Below are positions 9,382 through 19,624 of a stretch of 64,000 nt of DNA, in pieces. Below the pieces are notes generated by a model. That model was not told where the DNA came from, did not search any database, and saw nothing but the letters and a program-made list of their open reading frames with translations. How positions within the stretch are numbered: the first letter of the stretch is position 1; each line of letters begins with the position of its first letter. Position numbers and translations under genes: made by a program. Source of the DNA: a virus (taxonomy: Duplodnaviria > Caudoviricetes); the IMG/VR virus record IMGVR_UViG_3300032038_000072, positions 2,384 to 66,383 of that record. The stretch is one strand, 5' to 3'.

Positions 9382-11596
9382 TTTCCAATTCCTCTTTCTG
9401 AATAATATCCTCTGCGTTTATATTTGCACCGATGGCCTGCAGTAACTGCATCTGCGCGGCCGGCGGCATGTCTGGATACTGTACCGAAACACTGGTCTTG
9501 GGCGCGCTGGCTTTCTGAATCTCCCACTGCGCCTTCATCTGTTCCATCTGCAGTGCTTCCTGCTTCTGCTGTTCGGCGGCCTGCTGCTGTTGCTGTTGCA
9601 ACTGCTGTGCTTCCGCGCTGTCCGGGTCCAGAATGTAGTTCTGCACGTTCCGAATGCCCATCTTTTCCAGCAGTTCCGAAATAATGTTGTACCACGATTT
9701 CGGCGTTACCAGCCCAGCCTGTGCCAGTTGCGGATAAATCTGATTGATCATGACCATCAGGTACTGAATCTGCGCTTCTTTCGTGCCGGGTCCCAACCCC
9801 ACGTTGATGATCAGGTCGTAGTCGATGTTCAATTCGTCCCTGGTGATAACGATATTCTCGTTTGTCAGTCGGATAATCTGCTCCTGGTCCATGTATTTCT
9901 GGTCGAGCAGGATGATGTATTTAAATATAGGTACGATAAAGTTCTCGGCGAACATCCGGGACATCTGCTTCATGCGTTTTTCCGCACTGCCTAAAATCGC
10001 CGTGATGCCGGTCGCTGTCTTGTTCAGCGAGTTGCTGTCCAAGCCCTGATTGTACCGGGTGCTTCCGCTCTGCGCCTCAATCTCATTCTGCGCATACTCG
10101 ATAACCTGCATCGAAAGCTGGCTGATGGGAAGCTGTGCGCTGGCATAGACCTGTGTCGCCGGGTTGTCCGTGGTATCCACCAAAACAATCTCGTCGTTGT
10201 TGATCAAGGCATCCACATCCACATTGTTGTTGGCGAAGATTTGCGGTGCGTTGTTCTTGGCAACATTGGTGATAACCTGCCGGAAGATGGCGGTCTTCAA
10301 GTCCTGCTGCTGTTCCAGGTCATCCGTAAACCCTTCGTTCTCATTGAATGCGTTGATGGGGTCCGCCTCGGCCGCAAAGTGGAAGAACGGGGCCATCCCC
10401 ATATCGTTCTTTGCAATACGGATCGGTGTTTCCCCAATAACGTGTACGATAACATTCTCGTACCGCCCGTCGTTGTTGTAGTCCACATGCAGGTAGCACT
10501 CGTACAGCTCGAACTGCTTGGAAGCCAGGTCATCGTCCGATAACTTGTCCGCAATCGTCTCCAACTCGCTGTTGGACAGCGTCTGCAACTCGTCGGGACG
10601 CGTATCCCCGCTGCTCTTTTCGTAGTCGGCCATCGCCTTGTCCACATTCTTGTAGATGCCCTCGGCTTCTTTCTGCTTCAGATAGTCACCGTTTACCATC
10701 TTCCTGTGGGCAATAAACTTGGCGTCCTGTACACTCCTACCGTCCGGCGTGAACCGCAGCTCGTCCGGGGACATATACTGCACGACCGGGTAGTTGGACT
10801 TGACGGTAATCTTGTCGAACGTGATGACGAAGATGTCCTGGGCGTCCTTCAGCGGTTTTACATCGATGATCTCCGCATTGCCAGCCTGTTCTTCCTGCAT
10901 CAGCGCCGCCACAAAGTCCACGTTGCCACTTTCCACCATCTGTTTGTAGCGGGTGCGCTCTTCTTCCCGGCGCCACCACACCTTGGCTACACACCAGTTA
11001 TATTTCAACGCGTCTTTCCACGCGGATTCGATGAACGTGGGATACGCATTCTTCCGCTGCAACTGATATTTCAACAGCTGTTGCACTTTTTTCGCCTTTT
11101 CGTCGTCGTCGATGTTGACAGCCCGGATATCTACAGGGTCATCCGTACCCAGAAACGGCTCTTCCAAAGACGGAAGCATCCATTTGATCGTGGTCTTGAT
11201 GTCCCTGGAGCAGAATTCCGACGTCTCCGACAGCCGCTCGAACTTGCTGCGGTAGTGTTCCTTGGTCGCAAGGTACATATCCCTGCGTTCTTCCAGCTTC
11301 GGTCGGATCGTTCCGTCAAAATAGTCGGTCGCAACGTCCTTCCCACGCTGATACGCCCGCATGATCTTGTCGATTTCCTTCTTCTTTAATGTGTCCAGCG
11401 AGATATCCTCGGTGTTTTTCTCCGGTTCCATCTGCATGGTGAGGTAGTCGATGGGGCGCATGGCCTGCGGATTCGGCTGCATCATGGGTGTGGTGCCGAT
11501 ATGCGGTTGTCCTTGCGAAATATTCGCCTGTGTGTCGTTCAGCCTTGCGCTAAAATCAAGGCCGTTCCCTTCTGCAATGCTCATATAAGCCACCAC
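9236..11596 (-). CDS. Portal protein (P22-like, long C-terminal tail)
   Basis: 786-aa ORF after terL; Q-rich C-terminal barrel region; start may be ATG11584. Confidence 0.85.
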   Translation of the reverse strand: MVAYMSIAEGNGLDFSARLNDTQANISQGQPHIGTTPMMQPNPQAMRPIDYLTMQMEPEKNTEDISLDTLKKKEIDKIMRAYQRGKDVATDYFDGTIRPKLEERRDMYLATKEHYRSKFERLSETSEFCSRDIKTTIKWMLPSLEEPFLGTDDPVDIRAVNIDDDEKAKKVQQLLKYQLQRKNAYPTFIESAWKDALKYNWCVAKVWWRREEERTRYKQMVESGNVDFVAALMQEEQAGNAEIIDVKPLKDAQDIFVITFDKITVKSNYPVVQYMSPDELRFTPDGRSVQDAKFIAHRKMVNGDYLKQKEAEGIYKNVDKAMADYEKSSGDTRPDELQTLSNSELETIADKLSDDDLASKQFELYECYLHVDYNNDGRYENVIVHVIGETPIRIAKNDMGMAPFFHFAAEADPINAFNENEGFTDDLEQQQDLKTAIFRQVITNVAKNNAPQIFANNNVDVDALINNDEIVLVDTTDNPATQVYASAQLPISQLSMQVIEYAQNEIEAQSGSTRYNQGLDSNSLNKTATGITAILGSAEKRMKQMSRMFAENFIVPIFKYIILLDQKYMDQEQIIRLTNENIVITRDELNIDYDLIINVGLGPGTKEAQIQYLMVMINQIYPQLAQAGLVTPKSWYNIISELLEKMGIRNVQNYILDPDSAEAQQLQQQQQQAAEQQKQEALQMEQMKAQWEIQKASAPKTSVSVQYPDMPPAAQMQLLQAIGANINAEDIIQKEELESVKEFNKKLPIPTASDRAGANRNPGQTAGPGQTAQSPAPTGGQPGRQG

Positions 11597-11601
11597 TCAT
11601 T

Positions 11602-11898
11602 CTAAAAATACTCTGCGATGATAACTGCACCGCTTCCTACGCCGTAAATCTTGCTCCCGCTCCCGATCTGTACCGGGAAAACACGATATTCTCCCGCCTT
11701 AACAGGGATGCCGGTGGATGAAGTAACATCCTTGTTGCCGACATACGCCGTATCCGACCCCTCCACGTTGTTAACTTCCAACGCGATCCGCCCGCCGTCG
11801 CGGTTATTTTCCAATGTTCCGGCTAACGCAAGAGGCTGCGCCGTGGAAGATAACGTAACGGAGCCTGTCCTGACCTGTGTAAAACTGTGCAAAAACAT
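11602..11898 (-). CDS. Small beta-rich hypothetical protein
   Basis: 98 aa with AAAGGGGG SD between terL and portal. Confidence 0.7.
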   Translation of the reverse strand: MFLHSFTQVRTGSVTLSSTAQPLALAGTLENNRDGGRIALEVNNVEGSDTAYVGNKDVTSSTGIPVKAGEYRVFPVQIGSGSKIYGVGSGAVIIAEYF

Positions 11899-11950
11899 AA
11901 AAATACCCCCTTTCTGCCATTTTTTGCATTTTGTTTATATAAAAATAGCG

Positions 11951-13435
11951 TTACATGCTCCCATATTTGCGAATTTTTCCTTCTTTTCGCATTTTGTTGA
12001 AGCGTGAACGCTTATTTAACCTGACCGGTTGCGCAAATGTCAGCGCCAATGCGTCGGCATAGTTCGGAGAAGCCAATCCCCTGCGTTTCATATCGTCTTT
12101 CGACTCCAACTGCAGCTTGCCCCGGCGGTTGATGGCGGCTTCCGGACCCGTCAAGTCGGTAACGATCTCGTCCTTGTTCTCCACTGTGCCGCCTTCCTGC
12201 AGCCATTTCTTCATTTCCGACCACATCTCCGCCCGTTTGTTGGCGTAATATTCGTCGACCGGCTTACTCGCAAAGGAAATCAACTGCCAGACATCGGCTC
12301 TTCCCATGCTCTTTAACACGGAATAGATGCCGGTGCCGTAGCCCATATCGATAAATCCTTTCGACATCCCGTATTCGTCCTGAAAATACGCTAACTTTTC
12401 GGCTACCAACGTGTCGTCGCTGTTGCTTTTCAGTTCCCACAGCACTTTGCTGTAGTTTCCTTTGCGCAGATACACGATAAGAGAATCCTCGCCCGTCCAT
12501 GCAGGGTCGCAGCCGATAATAACAGGCTCTCCGTCCGCCGCATCTTCCAACGAGTACCGTTTCCCCCGCTCGACCGCCTCTTCCGCCAATGTCCTGCTTA
12601 TCAACTGGTTGGCGGCAGCGCTCGGGAACTGGCCCAGCACATGGACTTTGACAAAATCTGAATCAATGCCCCATGCCTCGACCCACTCGTTCAGCTGCTG
12701 TTTATTAGAAATCCGCACTTCCCTGGAATCAATCTGTTTTCGTTTCCAAAAGTTGCGGAATTTATTGAAGCAATCAAAAAAGCGCCCCGAAGGACGCGTT
12801 GGGTTGCCAAAGGCACACCATATGATTTCTGTATCTTTGTCTGTCGTAGCACCCTCTACCGTTTCCCATATGACATCGGCTATGGCAGAGGCCTCGTCGA
12901 ATATGATCAATATCCGCCTGCCCTGGTTGTGCAAGCCCGCAAATGCTTCCGGATTCTGCTCACTCCACGGAATGGCGTCAATTCTCCACGTCTTTTCGTG
13001 TTTGGCATCGGAACTGTATAAAGAAGTCGCCGTGTAATCGAACAAGGGGTTCCCGATAAACAACCTGTACCACTTTGCCAACTCCGCCCACGTCTTCGTC
13101 CGCAGCTGGGTGTCGGTATTCGCGGTAACAACGCCTTTGGTATCCTCGAAAGTAGAAATAGCCCACAAGATTAACCAACTGACTAATGCACTTTTTCCGA
13201 TGCCGTTGCCGGACGCCCTGACTTCCCGGATAACCGTGTTAATGTCCTTCAGCCCAGACTTAATATCCTCTAACAGTTCTACCTGCCATTCCTGCGGACT
13301 CTGGTTCTCCAGCTCTCCCTCGCCCCACGGGAACGCCGCGTATACAAACCCCACCGGGTCGTGCGCAAATTCCCCCAGGAACGCTGCCAGCGCGCCCTTC
13401 TCTTCTGCGGAAAAATCCGATAATTTTTTCGCCAT
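11951..13435 (-). CDS. terL: Terminase large subunit
   Basis: Walker A ASGNGIGKS, Walker B IIFDEAS, RNase H-like IGCDPA and ADALALTF motifs. Confidence 0.95.
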   Translation of the reverse strand: MAKKLSDFSAEEKGALAAFLGEFAHDPVGFVYAAFPWGEGELENQSPQEWQVELLEDIKSGLKDINTVIREVRASGNGIGKSALVSWLILWAISTFEDTKGVVTANTDTQLRTKTWAELAKWYRLFIGNPLFDYTATSLYSSDAKHEKTWRIDAIPWSEQNPEAFAGLHNQGRRILIIFDEASAIADVIWETVEGATTDKDTEIIWCAFGNPTRPSGRFFDCFNKFRNFWKRKQIDSREVRISNKQQLNEWVEAWGIDSDFVKVHVLGQFPSAAANQLISRTLAEEAVERGKRYSLEDAADGEPVIIGCDPAWTGEDSLIVYLRKGNYSKVLWELKSNSDDTLVAEKLAYFQDEYGMSKGFIDMGYGTGIYSVLKSMGRADVWQLISFASKPVDEYYANKRAEMWSEMKKWLQEGGTVENKDEIVTDLTGPEAAINRRGKLQLESKDDMKRRGLASPNYADALALTFAQPVRLNKRSRFNKMRKEGKIRKYGSM

Positions 13436-13461
13436 TTGACCACCTTTTCCCTACCCCTCTT

Positions 13462-13971
13462 TTATTCTCCGACAGGAGTAACATCGATAATTTCCGGCGA
13501 ACTTTTTTCCGGTATCTGCCTGTTAGCAGCCCTTTCCCTTGCCGCCTTTAACATGTCCGCAATGTTTACGTTCATGCTTACCTCTGTCTTGTCCTTGAAC
13601 CCGCCCTCGCAACGGATAATATCCTCTGCTGCTTTGATCCGATCCGATAAGCTCGCATCTAACCCGAACTGGTCCTTCTCTTTCCCTTCCATTACCCTCG
13701 TTAAGAACGACTTTACCGCATCTAATGAGGCATAGCCCTTCTTAGCGTTCCTCTCTATTAACTCCTGCATGTACTCGACGTTCTCAGGCTTCTCCAGTAT
13801 CTCCCTCGCCTTGTCCGACGCCGTCCGATTGTTCGTCCCCGGAAAGACTGCCTGATAACTCTTCGCTAACTTGTGCGTCTTGTAATACTCCCGTACTACC
13901 GCCTGCTCCTTTGCCGCGTCTAACGCGACGTCCACTTCTAACCTTCTCTCTTTCCCTTTCCCCCTGCTCAT
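13462..13971 (-). CDS. terS: Terminase small subunit
   Basis: HTH-like AKSYQA...ASDKAREIL, DRIKAAE motif, upstream of terL; ATG13971 with GGGAG SD. Confidence 0.85.
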   Translation of the reverse strand: MSRGKGKERRLEVDVALDAAKEQAVVREYYKTHKLAKSYQAVFPGTNNRTASDKAREILEKPENVEYMQELIERNAKKGYASLDAVKSFLTRVMEGKEKDQFGLDASLSDRIKAAEDIIRCEGGFKDKTEVSMNVNIADMLKAARERAANRQIPEKSSPEIIDVTPVGE

Positions 13972-14278
13972 ACATCTCCCCACTCTCTAACTTTAACCAT
14001 ATCTCCCTGTATAAATATAAAAATAACTCCTCGATCTTTATCGTCCTAAACAACGGAATACTTGCATACTTGCTCTTGTGTAAGATCGGATTTAACGGCG
14101 TGTGCGGATGCATCTCGTTGTACTTTTCCTTCGTTACTAATAAATACACCCTGTACTCCGTGTAAATCTTACCCGTCTTCTCACTCGCCTTCTGCTCTTC
14201 CGCATAAAGTATGTTCTGCCCGTATTTTACCCGGATCCCCTTTAACAACTTCCGCGTTAATAAATGAAAATTCGCCAC
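13784..14278 (-). CDS. Hypothetical protein upstream of terS
   Basis: GTG start with AAAGGAG SD; last about 60 codons overlap terS. Confidence 0.65.
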   Translation of the reverse strand: MANFHLLTRKLLKGIRVKYGQNILYAEEQKASEKTGKIYTEYRVYLLVTKEKYNEMHPHTPLNPILHKSKYASIPLFRTIKIEELFLYLYREIWLKLESGEMYEQGEREREKVRSGRRVRRGKGAGGSTGVLQDAQVSEELSGSLSGDEQSDGVGQGEGDTGEA

Positions 14279-14602
14279 TTGTTTCTCCTTTAGCCTCCTT
14301 CCGCGCCCTCCTCTTATAGAAAAATATATATAGTTATTAGAGGGTGGGTGTGTGTGAGTCCAGGCCCTGTCTCGGACGTGGGGTGGTGGGTGGAGTGTAG
14401 GTTATCCAAGAAAAAAAGACCTGACTGGAACGAGACACAGCGTAAATCATTTGTGTTCGCTGCGCTCACGCCCGGCTGTTACTGTCTACTGCTTGCAAAG
14501 CAAGGAGTGGTGCCTGCGGCACGCGAAGCATGTACGCCTACGCCGGCGTGCTTAAGTTGTGCCTGGCGTGTGGGTGCTCAAGCCGAGCCTGGCGCCTGTA
14601 CA

Positions 14603-15139
14603 TCACGCGTTAACGTCACCGTTGAATCTGTCAATTACCCATTGTGGCAAGAACGCATCTAAGTCATCGGAGAACAACGTATATAAATGCCATGTCAGCA
14701 TCCTTCCGCGAATAAAAAATATCGGGGAGACGTATATATGCCCATCCTGTCTTTTTACTATCCGCCTGTCTTCCATACGCTTGATAAACCGCTGGCACTG
14801 CTTAACACCTATGCCAAGCTCTTTGGCCAGCTCTTTTGTATTCAGTGGCCTGTCATAGTTTTTGTGGTGCTTCACCAGCATGTTTGTGCGTGGCTGTAGC
14901 ATCATCGCACAGCGGTACATGTGGCCGCACTCAGCCGCGCTCAGGTCCGCAGGCAGTTCCCATCCGCCCGGGAAGCTTCTCACAGCGTGCGCGCCCAGGA
15001 AATAACTGTACCCTTCATCCGGGTTGAACCTGTAACGCTTCCATTCACGGCCGCCAGTCTCTTTATATTCCGTATACGTCGCCGCCCCTGCAATCCCATC
15101 AGCAAGAACGTCAGCGCCCGGCGTATTCTCTTTTCCCAT
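14603..15139 (-). CDS. RepL-like winged-helix protein
   Basis: TKELAKELGIGVKQCQRFIKRM wHTH followed by IYVSPIFF; AAGAGG SD. Confidence 0.55.
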   Translation of the reverse strand: MGKENTPGADVLADGIAGAATYTEYKETGGREWKRYRFNPDEGYSYFLGAHAVRSFPGGWELPADLSAAECGHMYRCAMMLQPRTNMLVKHHKNYDRPLNTKELAKELGIGVKQCQRFIKRMEDRRIVKRQDGHIYVSPIFFIRGRMLTWHLYTLFSDDLDAFLPQWVIDRFNGDVNA

Positions 15140-16464
15140 CCTCTTTTACCCATCTTGATACATTGTCATAGGGGACGTTTTTGTCCCTTCGAGGGTGCTT
15201 TTTTTATCCCTGCCCATAATCACCCGCAAAAGCCCGTCCCGCCTGCTTTACAGGCCCCAAAACCGGCCCGCGTTATGTGAATTCCTACATCTTGCGAGGG
15301 CGAACCTCGATGCAAGATACTATGCATTTTCCCTATCTAAAATGAAATAAACTATTCAACCCAAAGCCACACCGGAACCCCAGGCCCCAGGGCCGAAACC
15401 CCACTGCAGGCCTGCTGTCCGGAAGGCCTGCCGCAACTGTTAGCCCCAGCGACATCCTGAAAAGGGAAACGATACCGGAAGACCGGCCAACGCAGGACCA
15501 GACCCCAGCGGGAACAACGCCCGGAAACGCGCTGGCGCGCGTCTGGCCGCGACAGAGTGCAGGCCGACCAATCCCGGCGTGATTGCAAGGTGAACAACAG
15601 CGCCCGCCCGGGGAAAACCCGCGGACCCAGACAACCGGACCCGCCCGGCGCCCAATCGTTAACCGCTCACGTGGCAAACGTTAACGCATTTAATTCCTAC
15701 AAGTTAGTAGGATATGATTTTTCCCGCTTTGCGTTAACTTTTCAGAAACCCGGTTGACAGTTCCAAAAATGGCCGTTTTTTGCTCTCACTTTCGCAAGTT
15801 AAAGTGAAATATACCAATTGTTATATCTCTACATTTTAACAAGATAAAGTCAGAAAGCACTCTAACCCGCATGGTTACTGGGTTTACGCTGTTTCTATTT
15901 TGAATTGTTGTAACCCGATATACCTCAAGATTTACATGGTCATTTTTGAAATTTGCATCTCAAAATGCGCGCTACAGCGTTTTGAGAAGGTCCCGTGATA
16001 GATTAATTGTCCAGACCCAAAAACTCGTCAAAACGCATTTAAAGGCCCTTAGCGGCCTTCTACCCTCAAAAAGTATATTCTTGTTAGTAAAAGTATATCA
16101 TCCCCCACCAAAGCCGGCGCGGCCCGGGTAATATGGGAAAGGCGACGCCGGCCGGAAGAGGAATGGGAAACAACAACGGGGCCAGACTTTTCAGCCCGGT
16201 CCCGTTTCACTGATTATAACATACAGGCCCGGCTTTTGTGGTATTCATTCCGGAATGAGGCCCGCGACCGGTGTTAGATATCTGTTACCGGTCCCGCTGG
16301 CCCATATAAATTATAATAGAAGAAACCCGTAAATCTTGCTTTTATCAGTCCCCACAAACCCAGTATTTATGCGGGTTTCAGAGCATACCTTAAGCCCAGT
16401 ATTTATGCGCTTTTCCGAAATTGTGAACTTTTTGTGTCATAGCTCAAATTTGTTAAATTAGTGC

Positions 16465-16493
16465 TTTACAATAGGTTCAAGATTTGCTATAAT
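16465..16493 (+). promoter_or_regulatory. Sigma-A promoter of early cluster
   Basis: TTTACA-17-TATAAT. Confidence 0.75.
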
Positions 16494-16553
16494 TAATTAG
16501 AACCTGAAGAGAGACAAAAAACAGAAAAAGGTAAAAACGAAAGGGGAAATAAA

Positions 16554-16880
16554 ATGAAGAAACTGAGCAAAGTTGAAGTCATGGAAATGAGCATTGAAGA
16601 ACTGGCCGAAATCCTGGGAGCAATCGCGGAAGAATTAAACGACCGGGGCGCAATCGGCGGAATATTGGACGGCGGGAACGGCACCAACGACTACCTGGTT
16701 GGCGTACACATGAGGGACGAACGAGTCCCGGCCAGCAAGGGTCACGTAAGGTATGAGCGCTTCGACTGCGGCGACACCCACGACATCGAGCGCAAAGTGC
16801 TTATCGGAAAAGTTGCCTTCTACAATATCATGGGAAAGAAGGAAGCAAAAAAGCTCATGCAGGAAGAGCTTCTGGCGTAA
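16554..16880 (+). CDS. Early hypothetical protein
   Basis: AACGAAAGGGG SD; first gene after promoter. Confidence 0.8.
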   Translation: MKKLSKVEVMEMSIEELAEILGAIAEELNDRGAIGGILDGGNGTNDYLVGVHMRDERVPASKGHVRYERFDCGDTHDIERKVLIGKVAFYNIMGKKEAKKLMQEELLA

Positions 16881-16967
16881 CGCAGAGTGAAGGCCCCCAG
16901 GGGCCGGTAATGCGGCAGACCCGGTCACAAGCCCGGGCGCGCATGGGACCAACGAAAGGAGCAAATC

Positions 16968-17105
16968 ATGGAGAACATTGTAATGGTGCAGGAAGGCACG
17001 CTGGTAACACTGGCATTTATCGCGGCTTGCGCCGGTTTTGCGGCCGGTTTTGTAGCATTCTGGTTAATGGAAGAGCACCTGGACGCCAAAGTGGCCAGGG
17101 CATAA
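16968..17105 (+). CDS. 45-aa membrane peptide
   Basis: AACGAAAGGAGCAA SD; MENIVMVQEGTLVTLAFIAACAGFAAGFVAFWLM... Confidence 0.65.
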   Translation: MENIVMVQEGTLVTLAFIAACAGFAAGFVAFWLMEEHLDAKVARA

Positions 17106-17122
17106 CGAAAGGAGCAAGGAAC

Positions 17123-17542
17123 ATGTTAAACGCAAAAGAAACGAAAGACTATACCATCAAATTTGAAAGCAATCACTACGGACCCGACGGGGAATTCATT
17201 ATCACCAAATTAGAAACAGACATCGCGCTGGGAATTGAAACCCGCCTGGCCGATATCGCAAAGTTTCAGAAGGAAGCAAAAAAGATTTTCAACCGGGCCG
17301 TAAAGGCCACACAGACCGGGGTCCGGTACAAAATCGAGCTGTGGGTATCGGCGTACAAAAAGGTGTATAGTCCCAGCGGCGAATTCTTACGGAGTGAGCA
17401 GTTAGCATTCGACGCCTGGACAGCATACAGTGAGGACCAGGACTTCCAGGACGGGGTCCAGCTCTACTTCAGACCAAACCCCAGGTACACCGACGAAAAC
17501 CACGACTTGATGATTAAGGACTTTTTTGAAATCGCGTATTAA
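17123..17542 (+). CDS. Early hypothetical protein
   Basis: Extended SD motif at 17104; true start ATG17123 (MLNAKE). Confidence 0.8.
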   Translation: MLNAKETKDYTIKFESNHYGPDGEFIITKLETDIALGIETRLADIAKFQKEAKKIFNRAVKATQTGVRYKIELWVSAYKKVYSPSGEFLRSEQLAFDAWTAYSEDQDFQDGVQLYFRPNPRYTDENHDLMIKDFFEIAY

Positions 17543-17559
17543 CGAAAGGAGCAAACACC

Positions 17560-17835
17560 ATGACGTACAAAGAAATTGAAGCAAAGCTGAAAGAACTGAA
17601 GGAACTGAAGGTCCTGGCGGAGGAACTGAAGGACCAGATTGAAACCCTGGAGGATGAAGTGAAGACGGAAATGACGGAACAGAACACGGACACGCTGAAG
17701 GCCGGCGCATTTAAGGCAACCTGGAAACCCTATACCAGCAACCGGTTCGACAGCGGCGCCTTCAAGAAGACCCACGCGGAGCTTTACAAACAGTATTGCA
17801 AGGCAACTGTCACGAAACGTTTTACTGTAGCATAA
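17560..17835 (+). CDS. Coiled-coil protein resembling the YqaJ C-terminal domain
   Basis: Extended SD; similar to C-terminus of 36710-37663. Confidence 0.75.
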   Translation: MTYKEIEAKLKELKELKVLAEELKDQIETLEDEVKTEMTEQNTDTLKAGAFKATWKPYTSNRFDSGAFKKTHAELYKQYCKATVTKRFTVA

Positions 17836-17925
17836 GAGTCGAAACCGGCCCGGAGGTGCCGGTCCGCGGGAGACGGCCTACCCGCGCTGACGAGACAGGC
17901 CCAGATGCGAAAGGAGCAAAATACC

Positions 17926-18291
17926 ATGACTAAAAGAGAAATGCTGAGAAAGATTGAAGACGCGGCCCGCATGGAGACACACTTCGACCTGCGGAGCATG
18001 CGCGAATACACCGACGAATGGGGCTTTTCCAATATCGAAACAGCGAAACGCTACAACGACCAGCGCAACGAACTGGAACGGCAGGCCCTGGAAATGGGTA
18101 TCACTGCATACGAAATCGAGGAGGCCCTGGCCAAAGGCAACGAGGACGCCTGGGACACATACCGGGAAGCGGAAGGCGAAATTGTACACGACGACAGCTA
18201 CGACGACGACTACGACGAACTGGACAGCTTTATCGACGCTGAAGAGGAAATCGCGCAGGCAGACACCCTGCACGGGTGGAAGAACTGGTAA
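17926..18291 (+). CDS. Acidic early protein
   Basis: Extended SD; D/E-rich C-terminus (DDSYDDDYDELD). Confidence 0.75.
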   Translation: MTKREMLRKIEDAARMETHFDLRSMREYTDEWGFSNIETAKRYNDQRNELERQALEMGITAYEIEEALAKGNEDAWDTYREAEGEIVHDDSYDDDYDELDSFIDAEEEIAQADTLHGWKNW

Positions 18292-18309
18292 CAAGAAGGA
18301 GGCAACGAC

Positions 18310-18669
18310 ATGGAAAAGAAACTTGCTGATAAAATCGCGCTGTACATGTGTGAAGTAGGAACGGACAACACCTATTACGGGACCTGGTCCTTTGATTATG
18401 AAGAGGTAGAAAAGCTCTTCAATGTGAAGCTGGACGCCGACGCAATCGACGAAATCACCAGCGCGCTGTGCCGGCGGGAAGAGGTCCTGGACGTCTGGGG
18501 TCCGGAAGAAACCGGCGACAATGAATTCAACGTTAACTTTGGAACCGCGTATTACGACACAAGCGCCGACGACTCTGTGGACCCGGACGACTACGACGAG
18601 GACGCGTACTGGGAAGGCCGCCTGAAAAGGTACGGGCGCTATAGCCCGAGCGACGACAAGAACGAATAA
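18310..18669 (+). CDS. Acidic early protein
   Basis: AAGGAGG SD; very D/E-rich. Confidence 0.75.
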   Translation: MEKKLADKIALYMCEVGTDNTYYGTWSFDYEEVEKLFNVKLDADAIDEITSALCRREEVLDVWGPEETGDNEFNVNFGTAYYDTSADDSVDPDDYDEDAYWEGRLKRYGRYSPSDDKNE

Positions 18670-18735
18670 TTACTGGATGCGGGCCGGCCGGATCGATCGA
18701 CCGGTCCCGCATAAAAAAGGAGGATATCACATATT

Positions 18736-19140
18736 ATGGAAAACTTAATCAAATTAACGCTGGACGTAGTAATCACGGAAACTGACGTGGAAGACATTAT
18801 GCAAACAGCACTGGACGGAATTACTTACTGGGCCGACGCGATAAGGCACGTTGGCGAATGGAAAGGCGACGACGCCTGCGAGCATATCGCGAACGGAGGC
18901 GAACTGAGAATTCACCTGTCGGAGGGACCCATCACGGAAGGCGGCCCGCGCTGGTACACGCTGAGCCAGAAAAAACTGGTACGTGGTATCAAGCAGTATT
19001 TAATGGACCCGGAAACAAACATGCCGGGCCTGCTGTTCAACAACGGGGTCCGCACAGAGATTGAACCGGGCGACATTGACGCCGCCGCCGCGGACCTGAT
19101 TGTGCAGTACGCGCTGTTCGGGGAACAGGTTTTTGCATAA
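18736..19140 (+). CDS. Early hypothetical protein
   Basis: AAGGAGG SD; C-terminal DIDAAAADLIVQYALFGE motif typical of phage early proteins. Confidence 0.8.
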   Translation: MENLIKLTLDVVITETDVEDIMQTALDGITYWADAIRHVGEWKGDDACEHIANGGELRIHLSEGPITEGGPRWYTLSQKKLVRGIKQYLMDPETNMPGLLFNNGVRTEIEPGDIDAAAADLIVQYALFGEQVFA

Positions 19141-19148
19141 ACTTTATC

Positions 19149-19177
19149 TTGACAGGATTGACGGGATATGATATAAT
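19149..19177 (+). promoter_or_regulatory. Consensus sigma-A promoter with extended -10
   Basis: TTGACA-17-TATAAT with TG at the extended -10 position. Confidence 0.85.
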
Positions 19178-19208
19178 AAGTTAACGAAATAAGAAAGGGG
19201 CAACAAAA

Positions 19209-19622
19209 ATGAGCAAACAGTATTTTGAAGAAATCCGGAAAGAGCTTGACAGCATGGACCAGCGCAGTGCCTGGAAGCGCGGCGTAAACGAATACGCCCA
19301 CGGGTTCGTAGACGACCTGGGCGAATTCATGGACCACGGCGACATCACCCTTAGCGACCTGCGGAACACGAACCAGCTGGAAAAAATCCTGCTGAACGGG
19401 GCAGACGACTGGCACCACTACAGCTGGGCCGGCTGCAGTCTCTGCTACGACGGACAGATTGCAGAGAGACTGGCAACGCCCAGCGAACTGAAGCGGAGCC
19501 ACAACGGGAACCTTCAGCCCAACAGCCGGGAGCAGTGGTTAGACGTACAGGCCCGGGCGCTGTACCAGGCCTACTGGCGGGTCCGCAAAGCTATCCGGGC
19601 AGTCAATGATAAGGAGGCGTAA
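19209..19622 (+). CDS. Early hypothetical protein
   Basis: SAWKRGV...LLNGADDW..YSW.GC...WLDVQARAL motifs; SD present. Confidence 0.8.
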   Translation: MSKQYFEEIRKELDSMDQRSAWKRGVNEYAHGFVDDLGEFMDHGDITLSDLRNTNQLEKILLNGADDWHHYSWAGCSLCYDGQIAERLATPSELKRSHNGNLQPNSREQWLDVQARALYQAYWRVRKAIRAVNDKEA

Positions 19623-19624
19623 TC

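Noticed and set aside
15333-15757. Several short ORFs in the GC-rich spacer
   Set aside because: No SD, Arg/Pro/Gly-rich; the region looks non-coding.
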